A DNA stretch of 63,954 bases, the filler included, from Reticulomyxa filosa (Eukaryota > Protista > Foraminifera): assembly GCA_000512085.1 (NCBI GenBank). It is 21 parts of 21 records of this genome, joined end to end, with 100 filler letters (N's around TTAATTAATTAA, not from the genome) between each part and the next. Parts side by side here need not be neighbours in the genome. Positions count along the whole stretch, not along the records: positions 24,793 to 28,598 come from ASPP01021060.1; positions 28,699 to 29,827 come from ASPP01047831.1; positions 29,928 to 30,973 come from ASPP01020780.1; positions 31,074 to 32,598 come from ASPP01028063.1; positions 32,699 to 34,869 come from ASPP01026285.1; positions 34,970 to 37,796 come from ASPP01012241.1; positions 37,897 to 39,233 come from ASPP01029044.1; 14 more parts are not named here. One strand, 5' to 3'. This document shows, piece by piece, positions 24,834 through 38,144 of this stretch (position 1 is its first letter; the number at the start of each line of letters is the position of its first letter). The notes under the pieces are model-generated. The model had not been told where the DNA came from and searched no databases. It saw only the letters and a list, made by a program, of their open reading frames with translations. A program made the translations under genes and the position numbers.

Positions 24834-26095
24834 AATAATAGCAGTCAACTTGAATAAAACATCAAATGACGTTGCTTCCTCACAACAATCACAAAAACAT
24901 TGGCAAGCGAATGGCAACCCTAATGACCATGCTTTGATTGTATATTCGGACGTGTCGAATCCACGACAAGTAGCAGCGGCAACAGAAACGAATAATCATT
25001 CGCATCCCTCTCCCCTACACATTGTCGTTGGAACGCCGCCCTCCAAGCCCGCGCATCCATCTATTCCATCGTCGATGATAGACGCCAAGCCAAGCAAAGA
25101 GCCGGATCACGCCTTGTCTTTGGACGTTGGTGATGAGAACAACGGCAATAGCAACGGCAATGCAACGAAACCACTGAATGACCATCACACGCTTGCAAAT
25201 GTCAACAATAATCTCAATGAAAGAAAAGAGAGCAGCAAACAGCAACAGAAGGGCCAAACACAAGACAAAGATACGGCAAAGCAGATGGACAATTCACATC
25301 AGATAACGTTAGAAGATACCATGCGTCGGTCCACAGGTAACGTGTCTCACATTGTCAAAACAATATGTATACATATATATATATATATATTTATTTATAT
25401 ATGTACATATACATATATATTTATATACATATGTATATAAAGATTCAAACGATGATAACAACGAGGAGGAATATGAGATAACAGCACCTATAAATATCCA
25501 ATCGATTATCGGATTTCGAAGGAGTACCTCGAAATCACCGACATTTGCGATTTCACGCGACAATATCCACGAAGAAAGGAAGCACTCTCCATTTGGGAAG
25601 TTCCTGTCGGTGAGGACGCCTGTGGGAGGTGCTCCTCCTCTCTATGACCCATCCGGAGGAACTGGAGGAACTGGAGGAGCCGGAGGCTTTGTCAACTATG
25701 CCAGACGTTTGAGTACGAGGTATGCTCTGTGTAGTTTCCAATGCATTATATATACATATATATATATATGTATATATATATAAATTGCCAAATAAAATAA
25801 AGACTTCAACAAATGTCCGGCACATCGCAACGAATGGACAAACAGGAACTGCGAGAGACGCAAAAAAAAGATTTGGAAAATGATACGTTTGCAATGGATA
25901 TGTACATGTCAAGAGCAAAGGAAGAATACGAATTGGAACTCGAATTGCGAAAGCAAACAAGCCAAAAAAAATTGGAAAAACAACGACAGCAGGGACAAAG
26001 AGAAAAGCACATTCAAATGGATGCAAAAACAAGTTCGAATGAACATATTGAAAGCAAGAACAAGGATAAGAAGAATAAAAAGAAAAAGAATTATG

Positions 26096-26134
<39 letters not shown>

Positions 26135-28029
26135 TAGTTAAAACACCTCCCCAAGTCCCTCTTTCAAAAAGAGTTGTTGATCAAAACGATCCCTTTGACC
26201 AGTTGGAAATGGGTCCAATGAAACCAACGAAAACGTCAGACAGCTACATATCCAACTATCCGCTGCCAGTTCACGTGGAAACGGAAGCCAAAAACAAAAA
26301 CAATGTCCCATTTCCGAAAGGAGATTACTACGACCATATTTATGGGTCCCCTTTCATTGTCCCCAATGACACTACAAACAACCAGGTCTATTTCGATTCG
26401 TATTCCCATCTTCGTCTTCCAGACATGGCCATGAATGTCATTAATCCCCAACACAGACACGAGGTCTCCACAAAAGCCGATCAAGGAACCAATGATGCAA
26501 ACTCGAAACACATGGTGCTATTGAGCATTCCGACCGACGATTCTGCCGAAAACAACTTAACTCCGAGCAACAAAACGACAAATACCAGCACGAACACATT
26601 GTTCAACGGACATGCGATAACGCCGGGAGGATACTACGCGGACAGCGGACAACTGGGTCATGCGCATCACTCTGGCGCGAAACCCTGGGTGTTAGCGGTG
26701 ACTCACAACGACTCGCTGCACTTGCAAAACAGCAGTTCACACACAACCAGCGTGATATCGGAGGAAGAAGCCACTGTAGAGGAGCGCAAGTCGTACGCAG
26801 AGGACGACCCTACTGACGCTATGACACACTCGACACGCCATCCTATGACGCTGTCCAAACTCGTTCATGTCAATGGTTCCACTCTCAATGATCTCATGGA
26901 TACGGACTTGGACGAGGCCAATGACAAAGAACATGGGAACGATAATGACAATGATAATGATAATGATAATGATAATGACGAAGAAGAGGAAAAACAAACA
27001 TCACAACAAGCAATTCCCAAACTACTTGTGAATGATAATGCCTATTCGCTGTCGACCTCGTTAGGCGCTTCGAATTCATTGAGTGGGCCGATGCAGTTGC
27101 ATGCAAGCAGAGACGCGTTGCAAATCCGAAAGTCGCCCACTCTGTACAGCGCCGGCGCTGCTCACACCAGCGACGACCACGTTGGTAGAGGGGACAATGC
27201 GTTGCAATGGACCAATGGCACTGTCATTCGTCATTTTTCTTCCACCAGAACGGAGCAAGACACGTCCGCCACTGTCGTGGATCTGCCGTCGTTCACCACG
27301 CGAGGTGTGGACGACACCATTGAAAACCTGTCTGCCTTCAAAACACGAATTACTGTCACGTCTAGTTGTGTCCCAATTGCACTTTGTTTTTTTTTTGTGT
27401 GTGTTGCCAAGGGTAAATTCCTAAATGGAATGTATTATAATGTATATATGAATGGCATGACTCAAATAGAAGGTACCTCGTCGACGGAGAAATCGGGGAA
27501 AACCCACGGCACGACTCAGATACGGCAAAGCGGAAGTGTGTTGCACTCGCCTTCGCATGGGATGCAGGACCCAAAGACTGTTCTCTCGAAGACAGGTCAT
27601 TCCTTCAATGATGTCAGTCGCAGCTTTGGACAACCACGACAAGAGACTGAAGATTCGCCCATGGACGTCACCGACGCGCCATTTTCGATCGTACGTTTGG
27701 GAAATGCCACAAACACAGCTCACACGAGTCACGGTCATTACAACGAGAGCAGTCAAAAAAAGCAAATGAACACCGTCGCTTTGAACGATAGGCATTACCT
27801 TCATGACAACAATGACAATAACAATAGCACAGCTGCTAATAACAGCAATAACAGTAATGTTAATACAAAGGAAAGGCATACTCGAGACAGTTCAAATATG
27901 AGTGACTCCACTCTATTTGAACCGAGTCTGTCATCTAACGCAAAAACTCCAGAGCCATTTATGTTGCAGAGCCTCTCTGCGACGAATCGACACAATGTCC
28001 AGGCTAACAACAACAACCACCACAATCAC

Positions 28030-28070
<41 letters not shown>

Positions 28071-28510
28071 CACAGATATCAACAAGTCGGTGACTGATTC
28101 ATCCCCGGCAAAGTCTCCACCTCCAAAGATTATCATCGACGTGGACGCCCACACAGGAAATGCAAGTGGCAAAAGTAATAACAAGAACAACAATGGCAAC
28201 AACGTGGTGAGGCAAAACTTTCTGACTTTGCACTTGCAAGAGGTCAATAAACATCAACGTAATAACACTGCGAGCGAAGAAGAGAGCTCGCGTGATCGCG
28301 TGTTCGAACAATTGCAGATGCTAAGCACAGAGAGGGATCTGCAGCCATCGCCTCAGTTTCACAAAAAAGCAAAGTCTTCGGTCCCCGCTTCGCCCATAAG
28401 TAAGTCCATTAACTTCACGCCCTCGGCTTCAGAGCGATTCAGTCCACGTGAAAGTGGCACGCTTGATGCCAAACGGGTGAGTGGCCTATTTCGTCATAAA
28501 ATGAGTTTTG
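24793..28510 (+). CDS. Internal part of a large intrinsically disordered, Asn/Ser/Thr-rich protein
   Basis: Long ORFs (924 aa, including a probable in-frame intron at about 27355-27471) with (TA)n-rich introns and no recognisable domain. Confidence 0.65.
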
Positions 28511-29949
28511 TCTTTTTTTTTCCCCCATGTTATGTGCAAATAAATAATAATAATAATAATGATAATAATAAAAGAAGAAGGAGTTAAAAACTGAGTTANN
28601 NNNNNNNNNNNNNNNNNNNNNNNNNNNNNNNNNNNNNNNNNNTTAATTAATTAANNNNNNNNNNNNNNNNNNNNNNNNNNNNNNNNNNNNNNNNNNNNAC
28701 CATCCAATAAAAATCTTATTCCACATATATAATCAGAATATGAACTGAAAGCGCTTTCGAAAAGAAGAATATAAGCTCGACAATAGCAATAGAACATTAC
28801 GCAAATCTCGTGCAATCAATTAAAGCTCGTCTAAGCCATGTGCAAATAAAAGCCACAATGTGTCAATGCAGATCATATTGATTCAACCGACGACAGCAAA
28901 AAGCCAGCAACAGCGACGGCACTGATGGTAACTCCACAGGGCATTGGGGGGGAGTGACATGTCACTGTTATTATTATTCTTTTCTGTGTTGAGAGAGAAT
29001 GAGAAAAAGCAAAATACACAATGCAGGTATAAGTTGATTTCAAAACACCAATATCCTCCAATAAAGCATCAATCATAATTTTCTTCTTCATTTGGAGTCC
29101 GTGAACGAGAGAGATTTCGCAAGAAAAAGTAGCGTGGTGAAAATATTATATAGTGGCAACATATGATAGCGGTGACGAAGAGAGTGATTATATACGTATT
29201 GAAACTGAATGAGGACTGATGATTGTAATTGGATCACTGACAGAATCCACATAGATCATTCGATGTTGTTGATACATAGAGTATATATGCATATTGCATT
29301 ATAAAAGTTTATAGCATGTTGAACAGTTATAAATTAAAAAATCAGTCAAAGTATGTAATTGATTCAGTAATAAACAAATCTATAAAAATACGGTCTAAAA
29401 TAGTTCGAGAAGCAAGTTAATTTTAATAAACTTGATGTCGGTATTATGCACAAGGTAAAAGTATATTATCAATAACTACAACGACAATTTAATACAGAGT
29501 TGCAAATTGTGCAAGTAAAATTATAGAATATATCCCACTAATCGCAAAAGCTATTGCACTTAAACCCAAAAAACATAAATTTTTGAAATACTCTCAAAGA
29601 CACTAGCAACAAAAAAAAACTTTTATCAACAGCACTAAACATAAAATAAATCTCAAAAAAATAACAAAAAACAAATAAATAAATAAAATATTAATAAACT
29701 CATTTCATTCTTCAATGACATTTGCTAAATTACTACTAAACGACAAATACACCAAATACAAAACTAAAGTTAAAATATTAAATTAAAAAAAATTACCAGA
29801 TAAAGCAAGGGTTCGCCTGGCAAATGTNNNNNNNNNNNNNNNNNNNNNNNNNNNNNNNNNNNNNNNNNNNNTTAATTAATTAANNNNNNNNNNNNNNNNN
29901 NNNNNNNNNNNNNNNNNNNNNNNNNNNTTTTTTTTTTTTTTTTGAGAGA

Positions 29950-30336
29950 TTGAATTGTACGTAACAGCAACCATGTCCGGACAGGAAAAATAATCAGACC
30001 GCCATAAATAAACAGTGTGTAGGAGATATCCCAGGCGATAATGGCTGCTCTGGTTGTGGTGTGGTATTGATTGTAATAGCTATTGGTTGTTCGGACACTC
30101 GACTTGTTCTCGTTCAATATCAGTGCTGACGCTATCAGATTGAATGGCACTTCGAAAAACATCACGCTAACAAGACCAACGTTAAACACAAATTGTACCA
30201 GATAGTGTCTTTTGTCAATCACTGGCAAATGATGCACTTGGTGGAACTTGTACATCCAATACATTGCTATCACTCCCAGTAACCAACTCAACCCGATTTC
30301 CACTACTAATACTGCACTCACACTATGTGGTATCAT
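29950..30336 (-). CDS. N-terminus of a 7TM receptor-like protein (resembles 7TM-RGS N-termini), truncated
   Basis: Three hydrophobic helices with IDKRH after TM1 and PVRTWLL after TM3. Confidence 0.55.
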
Positions 30337-31779
30337 TTCTTTGCACTTTGTGCTGTTATTCTAGATCTTGAAATTGTTACTGTTGCCAATTTCTTTACCC
30401 CAAGATAGTCCGCCGAAGTAAGCGTCCTGTTATGCACCGCAGCGAAAATGTTGGAATTTTTTGCAGAGTCAGACCAAAACTTGGGTTGGCAAAAAAAAAC
30501 AAAAAAAAGCAAACTGCTTCCAAAGTTTCGTCTTAATAAGAAGGTTTTATTTTCTCAACTGACAAAAAAATACTGCTCACAGTAATAAATATGTTGCCTC
30601 TTGAACATGATTGTCTGAAAACGAACTCAGTCACTAGCAAACGTAATACGAAAGTGTTTTTTTTAAGCACAGTTTCAGTAAAAACTGCAATGAATGAAAT
30701 AAAGCAATGAAAAAAAAATGAAACAAGCAAAGAATAAGAGAGTTGATTGAAAATGTGAGTGAAGAAAGTACAAAACAAAAAGGGTTCCACAGTTCCCTTT
30801 TTGCAAACCAGCACACAGTTTTTTAAAAGTTCGACGCTACAGTCAGGCAAGTCAAAATTTGCGTAATAAAATGGTAACTTGCGCATTTGCTTGTTGAAAC
30901 ATTGAATGTAAGATTCACGAGTTTTATTACAACGTTACACGAGCAAAAAAAAAAAAGTGCAAGACGATGAAAGNNNNNNNNNNNNNNNNNNNNNNNNNNN
31001 NNNNNNNNNNNNNNNNNTTAATTAATTAANNNNNNNNNNNNNNNNNNNNNNNNNNNNNNNNNNNNNNNNNNNNTGGAGATACTACTATTAACAAGATTTT
31101 ATTGTCTCTGCATAGTTGAAGCAAAGCTGTCAGCTACAATCTCCAGTTTGACATTTATTTATTTCTATTTGTTTTTAGAGATGAAATGATGAAAACAAAA
31201 AAGTATGTTTGATATATTATTTATTATTATTTATTTCTATAAAAAGTGTTTTCGTATAACGCTGTACCTGAGCGAATGGCAAGACAAAACGACGTCATTA
31301 AGAGTATTGTGATCACATATTTGAACAAATTTCGCAAACAAATATCTAAAACATTATTTATATATTTAGATAAAATAGTAAGAAATTTTCATTGTAGTGC
31401 TACTAAAGGTAAATATGAATTAGAAACATTACTTGCACTAACTATTCAGTTGCATTATTTACAAAAAAATTAAAAAATGAATCTCATGATTAAATTTAAA
31501 AAAGAATAATAATATAAATATGATAGAACATAATGGTTTAACTTTAGAAGATGTATAGAATATAAATTTATTAAAATTCGCTAAACATATTGTAGATACA
31601 ATTAGAAAATATACAAATAGTAGGTGCATTTAATTCACCAAGATTTTTAAATCATTGTACATTAATATTAGTAGATTTTCGGTATAAAATCATTATTAAA
31701 ATTTATGTATCATTTATTCGTGCAGTATTAAAATTAACACAGTCATTAAAAGATTACTACAACTGTTCGCTTGACGACT

Positions 31780-32085
31780 GCTTCATTCTTTGACAAAGCA
31801 TTTGCCATTGTCACAAGTTTGTAACAATTGAGGGCCCAAGTGGCTATACACAAGCAATTTTGATTCAACTCTTTGCAAAGCTTCGAAGAATCACCACTTG
31901 CTGGTAGAAAGATATTGCATTTCGTCTACCCAAAATAAAACAAAAAAATAACAATAACAATATTATTATTATTATAGATCAGTTGCGTCCTTTTCTAATT
32001 TCCATTAACATAACAACAAGTGCAAATGAACAACTAATATCTTCTACGACTCCCAAAATGGGGATTTTGACTTTTTTGCAAACAA
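31780..32085 (-). pseudogene. Mrp/NBP35 (NUBP-like) P-loop ATPase C-terminal relic
   Basis: CKKVKIPILGVVEDIS (cf. ILGVVENMS), then CNIFLPASGDSSKLCKEL..LGPQLLQTCDNGKCFVKE, broken by a stop and frameshift. Confidence 0.6.
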
Positions 32086-33379
32086 TATTTCTTTTCGGAA
32101 ACCAACAGATCAACCGCTTGGAGGTATGGGTACACGGAACTTTGGATATGAATTGAACGATGCCGATGGCCCCAACGCCGACACTCCTTGGTGATGAAAT
32201 ATACAATCTCGTGTGTCACTGCATTCAAAACGGATTTATCAATGAGGTAGCCAAGGAATTCCATAAATTTAGATTCCACTGGTGAAGAAGAAATGAAGAA
32301 ATATATATTACATGGTAGTAACAGCAAATACATTCTTAAGAACACTGTTGCTGTTCACCATGTTGCTTTTCAACTGCAAGTTTACCGAGTACGTGCGAAG
32401 ATATTTCTTCGGACAGCACGTCCAAGTCAGCGCAGCCATTTTGATCAAAGGGAATATTTTGTCGTTACACGTGATCTTGCGATACGAGCCGTTTCCAAAT
32501 GAAAACAAAAATCATAAGCACTTATGTCCACCAATTTTCGTCACATCATTTTTTTTATAAATGCATGTTAAATCAATTTTTATTTACACATTCATGTTNN
32601 NNNNNNNNNNNNNNNNNNNNNNNNNNNNNNNNNNNNNNNNNNTTAATTAATTAANNNNNNNNNNNNNNNNNNNNNNNNNNNNNNNNNNNNNNNNNNNNTT
32701 AAACTTTTTTCACACATTGTACCTATATCTGCCACAAACACAAATAAATTTACATTTTATAATTTTTTCAAAAAACAAACAAAGAAACGTTAACTGCAGC
32801 AAGTGGATCCGTTCAGTTCAGGTATCTTTTTTTTTTCCTATATAAGCACTTAACACATTTTTTTTTTGGTTTTTGGGGGGGGGGGGGGAATTGGTAATAC
32901 AATAAATAAATAAAAGTATAAACATATAATTTTTTTTCTTTTAAGGGGGAATTCCTATTACTTCACAACATAACACACATTATATAATAAAAATATATAT
33001 ATAACAATAAACACAAACATAAACATACTTTTTTTTCTCCTTTCGGAGGCGGGGTGGATTTCAACACCAATTTTCTTTTTCATTTTTCATTTTTTATTTC
33101 TTATTTTTATTTTTTTATTGTGTGTGTGGATAGAGGGGGACCAGTGGCACGATCATTTCTGGCGGGGGAACCTATGTACAAAACACAAAACATTTTTATA
33201 TGTATGCATAAAAAAAAAGACATAAATAAGACAAACCTTTTTTTCTCCTTTAGGAGACGGGGGTGGTTTCTACCCCTTCTTCTTCTTTTTTATTTTTCTA
33301 ATCACATTTGGGGGGAATTCTATTGTGACAAACACACAACATATAGTTACAGATTGCACACAAACAAAAAAAAGATTTT

Positions 33380-34707
33380 ACCTTATATGGTGCACAATAT
33401 TGTAATCCATCAATCGCATTGCGTGACCACAACGATAAGTGATTGAATTCAATTTCATTTGTGGCTTCTCCAATTTGTACAATCATTTGCGCCGCCTTGT
33501 TTACATCTCCAAGCTCCACACGTAAACTATACACAAGTCAAAGCCAAGAGAAAATTTCTGTATCGCAGAGACAAAAAAAAAAGAAAAGAAAGATAACTTG
33601 GAAGCAGGACATAGTCGACGTAGATTGAATGTCAATGAATTATTTGTAGGCATGCACAGTATTATTGATCGCGAATATATAATTGTCTTGTTGGAGCTGG
33701 AGCAATGTGTGAAGCCAAGTGAGTCGGTTGGTGCCCACAGTCATGCGGATGTTGCATTGACGGCATAGATGCAACTGGACGCCCTTATTCACGACTTGTA
33801 CCAGCGGCTCACTTTTCAATACCATCAAATCATTACGTATATATTGATAACCTGTATGATTTATACAATTTTTTGTTTGTTTGCTTTTTTTTAAAAATAA
33901 AAAAAAAACTTAACATTGTAGAATGTGATAACACTGCAACATAGCCGGCGAAAATTGTGCAAATCGATTATAAGAATTCGGCAGCGATACGTTGGGATGA
34001 CAAATGTGCTGCGACTATAGACAGTTTTGCAATCAATTGTTCCGCTTGAATGCCCTACTCATTCCTGGTTGTTGGCACCGTCTGCGTATTTCATTCGATG
34101 GTGGGTCATCAACATTTCCACTTCGCCATTTGTAAATACACTATTGTTTTTGTTATTATTATTTTTTTAAATCATTTTGAATCAAATTCCTTATATGTGC
34201 AATCCATAATACCCTTATTACCTCTGATATACGTAACGTACACTTTTTTTTTATGAACATTTTTTTTTTCACATTTGATCTTTTACTCAATGTTATTTAC
34301 CTGCATAATGTCAATTTGAAGGCCAATTTACAAAACGTTGAGGAGATTATCGATGTAAACGGGAACATATTTATAGAAGGCGTTTTGTTATGTGGGCTAT
34401 TCTTTGTATTGACCAGAGCTTGTTGGTGAATACGCATACTTTCGTTATTTGATAGTACGGACTCCTTATTGAAAATGTTCATCAACAATACAATTATCAG
34501 GCCATTGACTTGCGAATATTGTGCAAGTTTCCATGTTATCAATTCTACACGTAGCTGATAGAATTGTTCATTGATGTCGCAAATATATTTATATTGGCGT
34601 GGTGGTCCAAACGTTTTTGTCCGTTCAAAGTTGAACTGCACATTTTCATTTTTTGCACTTGGCACCACCATGAACACATTTAATAAATGTGGAAGCACCA
34701 ACGCCAA
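33380..34707 (-). CDS. Multi-exon gene of unknown function (partial)
   Basis: Several minus-strand coding-like exons bounded by GT/AG; no domain recognised. Confidence 0.4.
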
Positions 34708-34991
34708 GGTGGATTTCGCGCTGCTCCAACAACTAAAAGTCTTCGTTCAATATTTTCTACTTAGTTTGTCCCCTCAGAAGAACACCAAACGAGAAATAAA
34801 GCCACGTTAAGAAAAAACAAAAAAGTTTGTGGCAAATCATTTGCAGCAATGCCGAGAATTGGAAAAATGNNNNNNNNNNNNNNNNNNNNNNNNNNNNNNN
34901 NNNNNNNNNNNNNTTAATTAATTAANNNNNNNNNNNNNNNNNNNNNNNNNNNNNNNNNNNNNNNNNNNNAAAAAAAAAAAAAAAGAGTCGA

Positions 34992-37624
34992 TTACACCCA
35001 GGTCTTGAAAGAGGATATCATCACGGTTTTGAGAAAAATGCAACGGAAACTTGATAAAAAAAGACATGATTTTGGAGTCATCTCCGCAGGCCAAAGCGAA
35101 ATAATGTAACAACGATCGTTGGTTTGCAACGTGATAGACGTAATCATAAAAGTGAGCATGGCGAAGCATTTGAATAAATGGTTGAGTTTTCTTTGTAATT
35201 CTGCCATTGGATCCAAAACAAAACGAATTTCTCCAATAATTGCAATCCAGGTGTGATTTTGTCTTTTGCGTAAAACAATGTTCATTTTGATGTCTGTGTA
35301 TTTGTGGATTGAAACAACACCATTGTACCGATCCCCTTCCTCTTCGCTCTTCTTATCGTTGTCATTGTTATCGTCATTAGGTCGATATCTGCGAAATGAA
35401 TTTTTGAAACGAATAATTTCTAATCTTACATCGTGATGACTGAGATTTTGTTGAGAGTGTACGTACTCCGTGATTATGCGAATAGCCTGAATGCAATGTT
35501 CGACAGTTCTACATTTGCACAAACATCGAAGCACATCCAAGAATTGGGCCGAGTTTAGACGTTTGTTCTGATGGAATGTAGAGGACTCCATTTTTTCGAT
35601 CCACTTTTCCATAGATTGCACCGGACTAAAATCGAGGGAGATTAGGACAGCGTCGGAGTCAAAGATACTGGTTAACGTGTTCACAAATGTGTGATGTAGC
35701 CAATGTGCACGAAGCAACAATTGCGACAAATACGAATGAAAATGAAATAATTCATTCAGATAAGTGTCCTTTTCCTCACAAAACAAATACAAAGCATCCA
35801 AATAGGATTGATTTATTTGTGCTTTTACCCCACCTTCAATGTGGTCCTGCCTACTCCATTTTTGATCGCCTTGCACATTTCCTGCGTTATACTCCAAATC
35901 ACAAAGCTGGCTCCATTCTTCTTTTGTGCAAAGCATTGTCTCACTCCAATTTTGTTTCATTTGCGTAATGCTTTTTTGTATTTCCAATTGTGCCATTTCT
36001 CTGATTACCTCACCCAATCTCCTTTGATTAGTACTTGGATCCACAGTTGGCCAAGGAAGTAACATACAGGGATTTTTCAGTAATGTCTCCTCGAAATATA
36101 GCCAATCTCCAGTGCGTCGACACAATGTTTCTGCATTCATTGATTCTTTTATTTCAGCGTGTATTGCATTTTCAAGTGTGTTTTGGTATACATTTTCGCT
36201 TATTTCAAATTTTAATGTCCAAAACAGCAGCTCTTGTGATAGTGGCATTTTATGTCGTAGCATCTTTGCTACTGTCGCAACCAAAACCATCATCCATTCT
36301 TTCCATTTCATACCATTATCCATTTTATTCAAAGTCTTTTTCAAATACTCAATAAATGCATAATATTTTGACTCGATCGATTTGTAGTCTTCTACGTACT
36401 TTTCTATTCGTGGTGCCACTTTTGGCTCCTTTGTTTCATTTTATTTTTTTGTATTTGATTGAAGTTTAGAATTTGTTGAACCAAAATGATAGCACATATA
36501 CAGATATACAATGCTTGTCTTTATGAACCCCATGAGTCTTCAACAAAAAAACAGCATCATCACTTTTGTGATCCAGAGCCACATCCAAAGCTCTATTTTC
36601 ATTAATCTTATCAATAACAGACACATCCACATCCGGGTAGTATTTTAGTACATATTTCAACAATGGAATCATCTTTCGAAAAGCAATCTCACAAATTATT
36701 GGTTTGTGCAGGATGTTCTATTTGATCACAATTTTTCACGTTCGACATGCATACAGGTAGACCAATGTGCAATAGAACTCGTACATATATGTATAAACAT
36801 AACATATAAAATGTATGTTTTGAAAAGAGAAAACTTCAGAGTTATATGCGTAATTGATGTCCCATTCATCTCCAAACCAGTATAAAAATGCAATACCTTT
36901 GTTCCAATTTTTTAGATCGACAAAGGTTTGAAAAAGGGTTTTATGGATCCAAACCTGTTTGGAGTAAAGGGAAGATATAAAGAGAGAAAGAGAGAAATGG
37001 AAAGAACGTGTTCACACAAAACATTGTATTCATTGGAACCAATTGGAGGCATTTGCTTTTCAAATGTCGCAACTTCTTCTGCAGTGAGATATTCCTTCAT
37101 TTTTTCTTCAAGCTTGTCCTCCTCTGTGCTTTGATCTGCTATATTACTTTTCTGCAAATTTTCCTGCGACGTATACACACAATTTGTCTTGCACGTTTCC
37201 ATCCGTCTTTTTTTTTTAAGGCGCAAAAACAATAAATAAACACTCAAACTCGGTTTTGAATAAAATTTGCCAATATTTGGGTCACAATAGTATTTTGATT
37301 CTCTTGGGCACACATAAATGGAGTCTTGTTCATGTGATTTGTTACGTGGATATTAATTGACTGTGGAACGTATAGCATCACCGGCAAAAATAAATACACG
37401 TTAGGATCCTTACTGCCGCATATGTAATGCAACAATGTGTCTCCATCCTTTTCACAGTTTATGACTCTTTCTTTTTCCGTTTTACTCACTTCTTCAATTA
37501 CTTGCTTCGCTTTCGCCATCTCTCTCTTTTCCAATAGCTGTGTTATTGTGTTGAACAACTCCTCGTCTTTTCCTCCCACGCGCAATCTATCTTCTTTATT
37601 ATCTTCTTCCCTTTTCATGTCCAT
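34992..37624 (-). CDS. Ankyrin-repeat protein with a C-terminal RelA/SpoT-like nucleotidyltransferase domain
   Basis: Ankyrin motifs DGDTLLHYIC, NHMNKTPF and NENRALDVA. Nucleotidyltransferase motifs in order: PVQSMEKWIEK, FLDVLRC, IIRFKNSF, KYTDIKMNIV, IIGEIRF, NHLF. Confidence 0.7.
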
Positions 37625-38144
37625 TTGTTTTTTTTTGGTTTTTTTCCTTTATTGGGCCTAAATTTTACTTCAACGATAAAAAAAAGGTGTCGCAAACAGA
37701 AATTTCGTCCTAGTTTTAAAAAAAATTTTTTTTTTTTTCTGATATAGTTTGTCATCCTTTCAATGATCAATTATAAGACACAGTAGGACTTTTTAANNNN
37801 NNNNNNNNNNNNNNNNNNNNNNNNNNNNNNNNNNNNNNNNTTAATTAATTAANNNNNNNNNNNNNNNNNNNNNNNNNNNNNNNNNNNNNNNNNNNNTTCC
37901 AGGGCCATAGAAAGTGAAATACATCTGCAAGGAAAAAGTGGTGATGAACTTTTGAAATATGGATATTCAAACAACATCAAAGTCTCTTATTTCGCATTTA
38001 TTCCTGAAATAATGTGACAAAAAATTTTATCCAAAAAAATATGGATATAATTTCCTTTCGTTAATAAAATAAAAAAATCAAGAATAAAAATATTTTCTTT
38101 TGTTGTATTATCCCCAAGAATTCACTCGACCTTATTTTAACAGG

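Noticed and set aside
24793-28598. (AAT)n and (TA)n tracts as possible telomeric or functional repeats
   Set aside because: Ordinary poly-Asn coding tracts and intronic microsatellites; such tracts also explain many contig breaks.
28699-29290. Hydrophobic coding-like stretch on the minus strand, possibly a decayed 7TM gene
   Set aside because: Multiple stops and no motif I could assign reliably.
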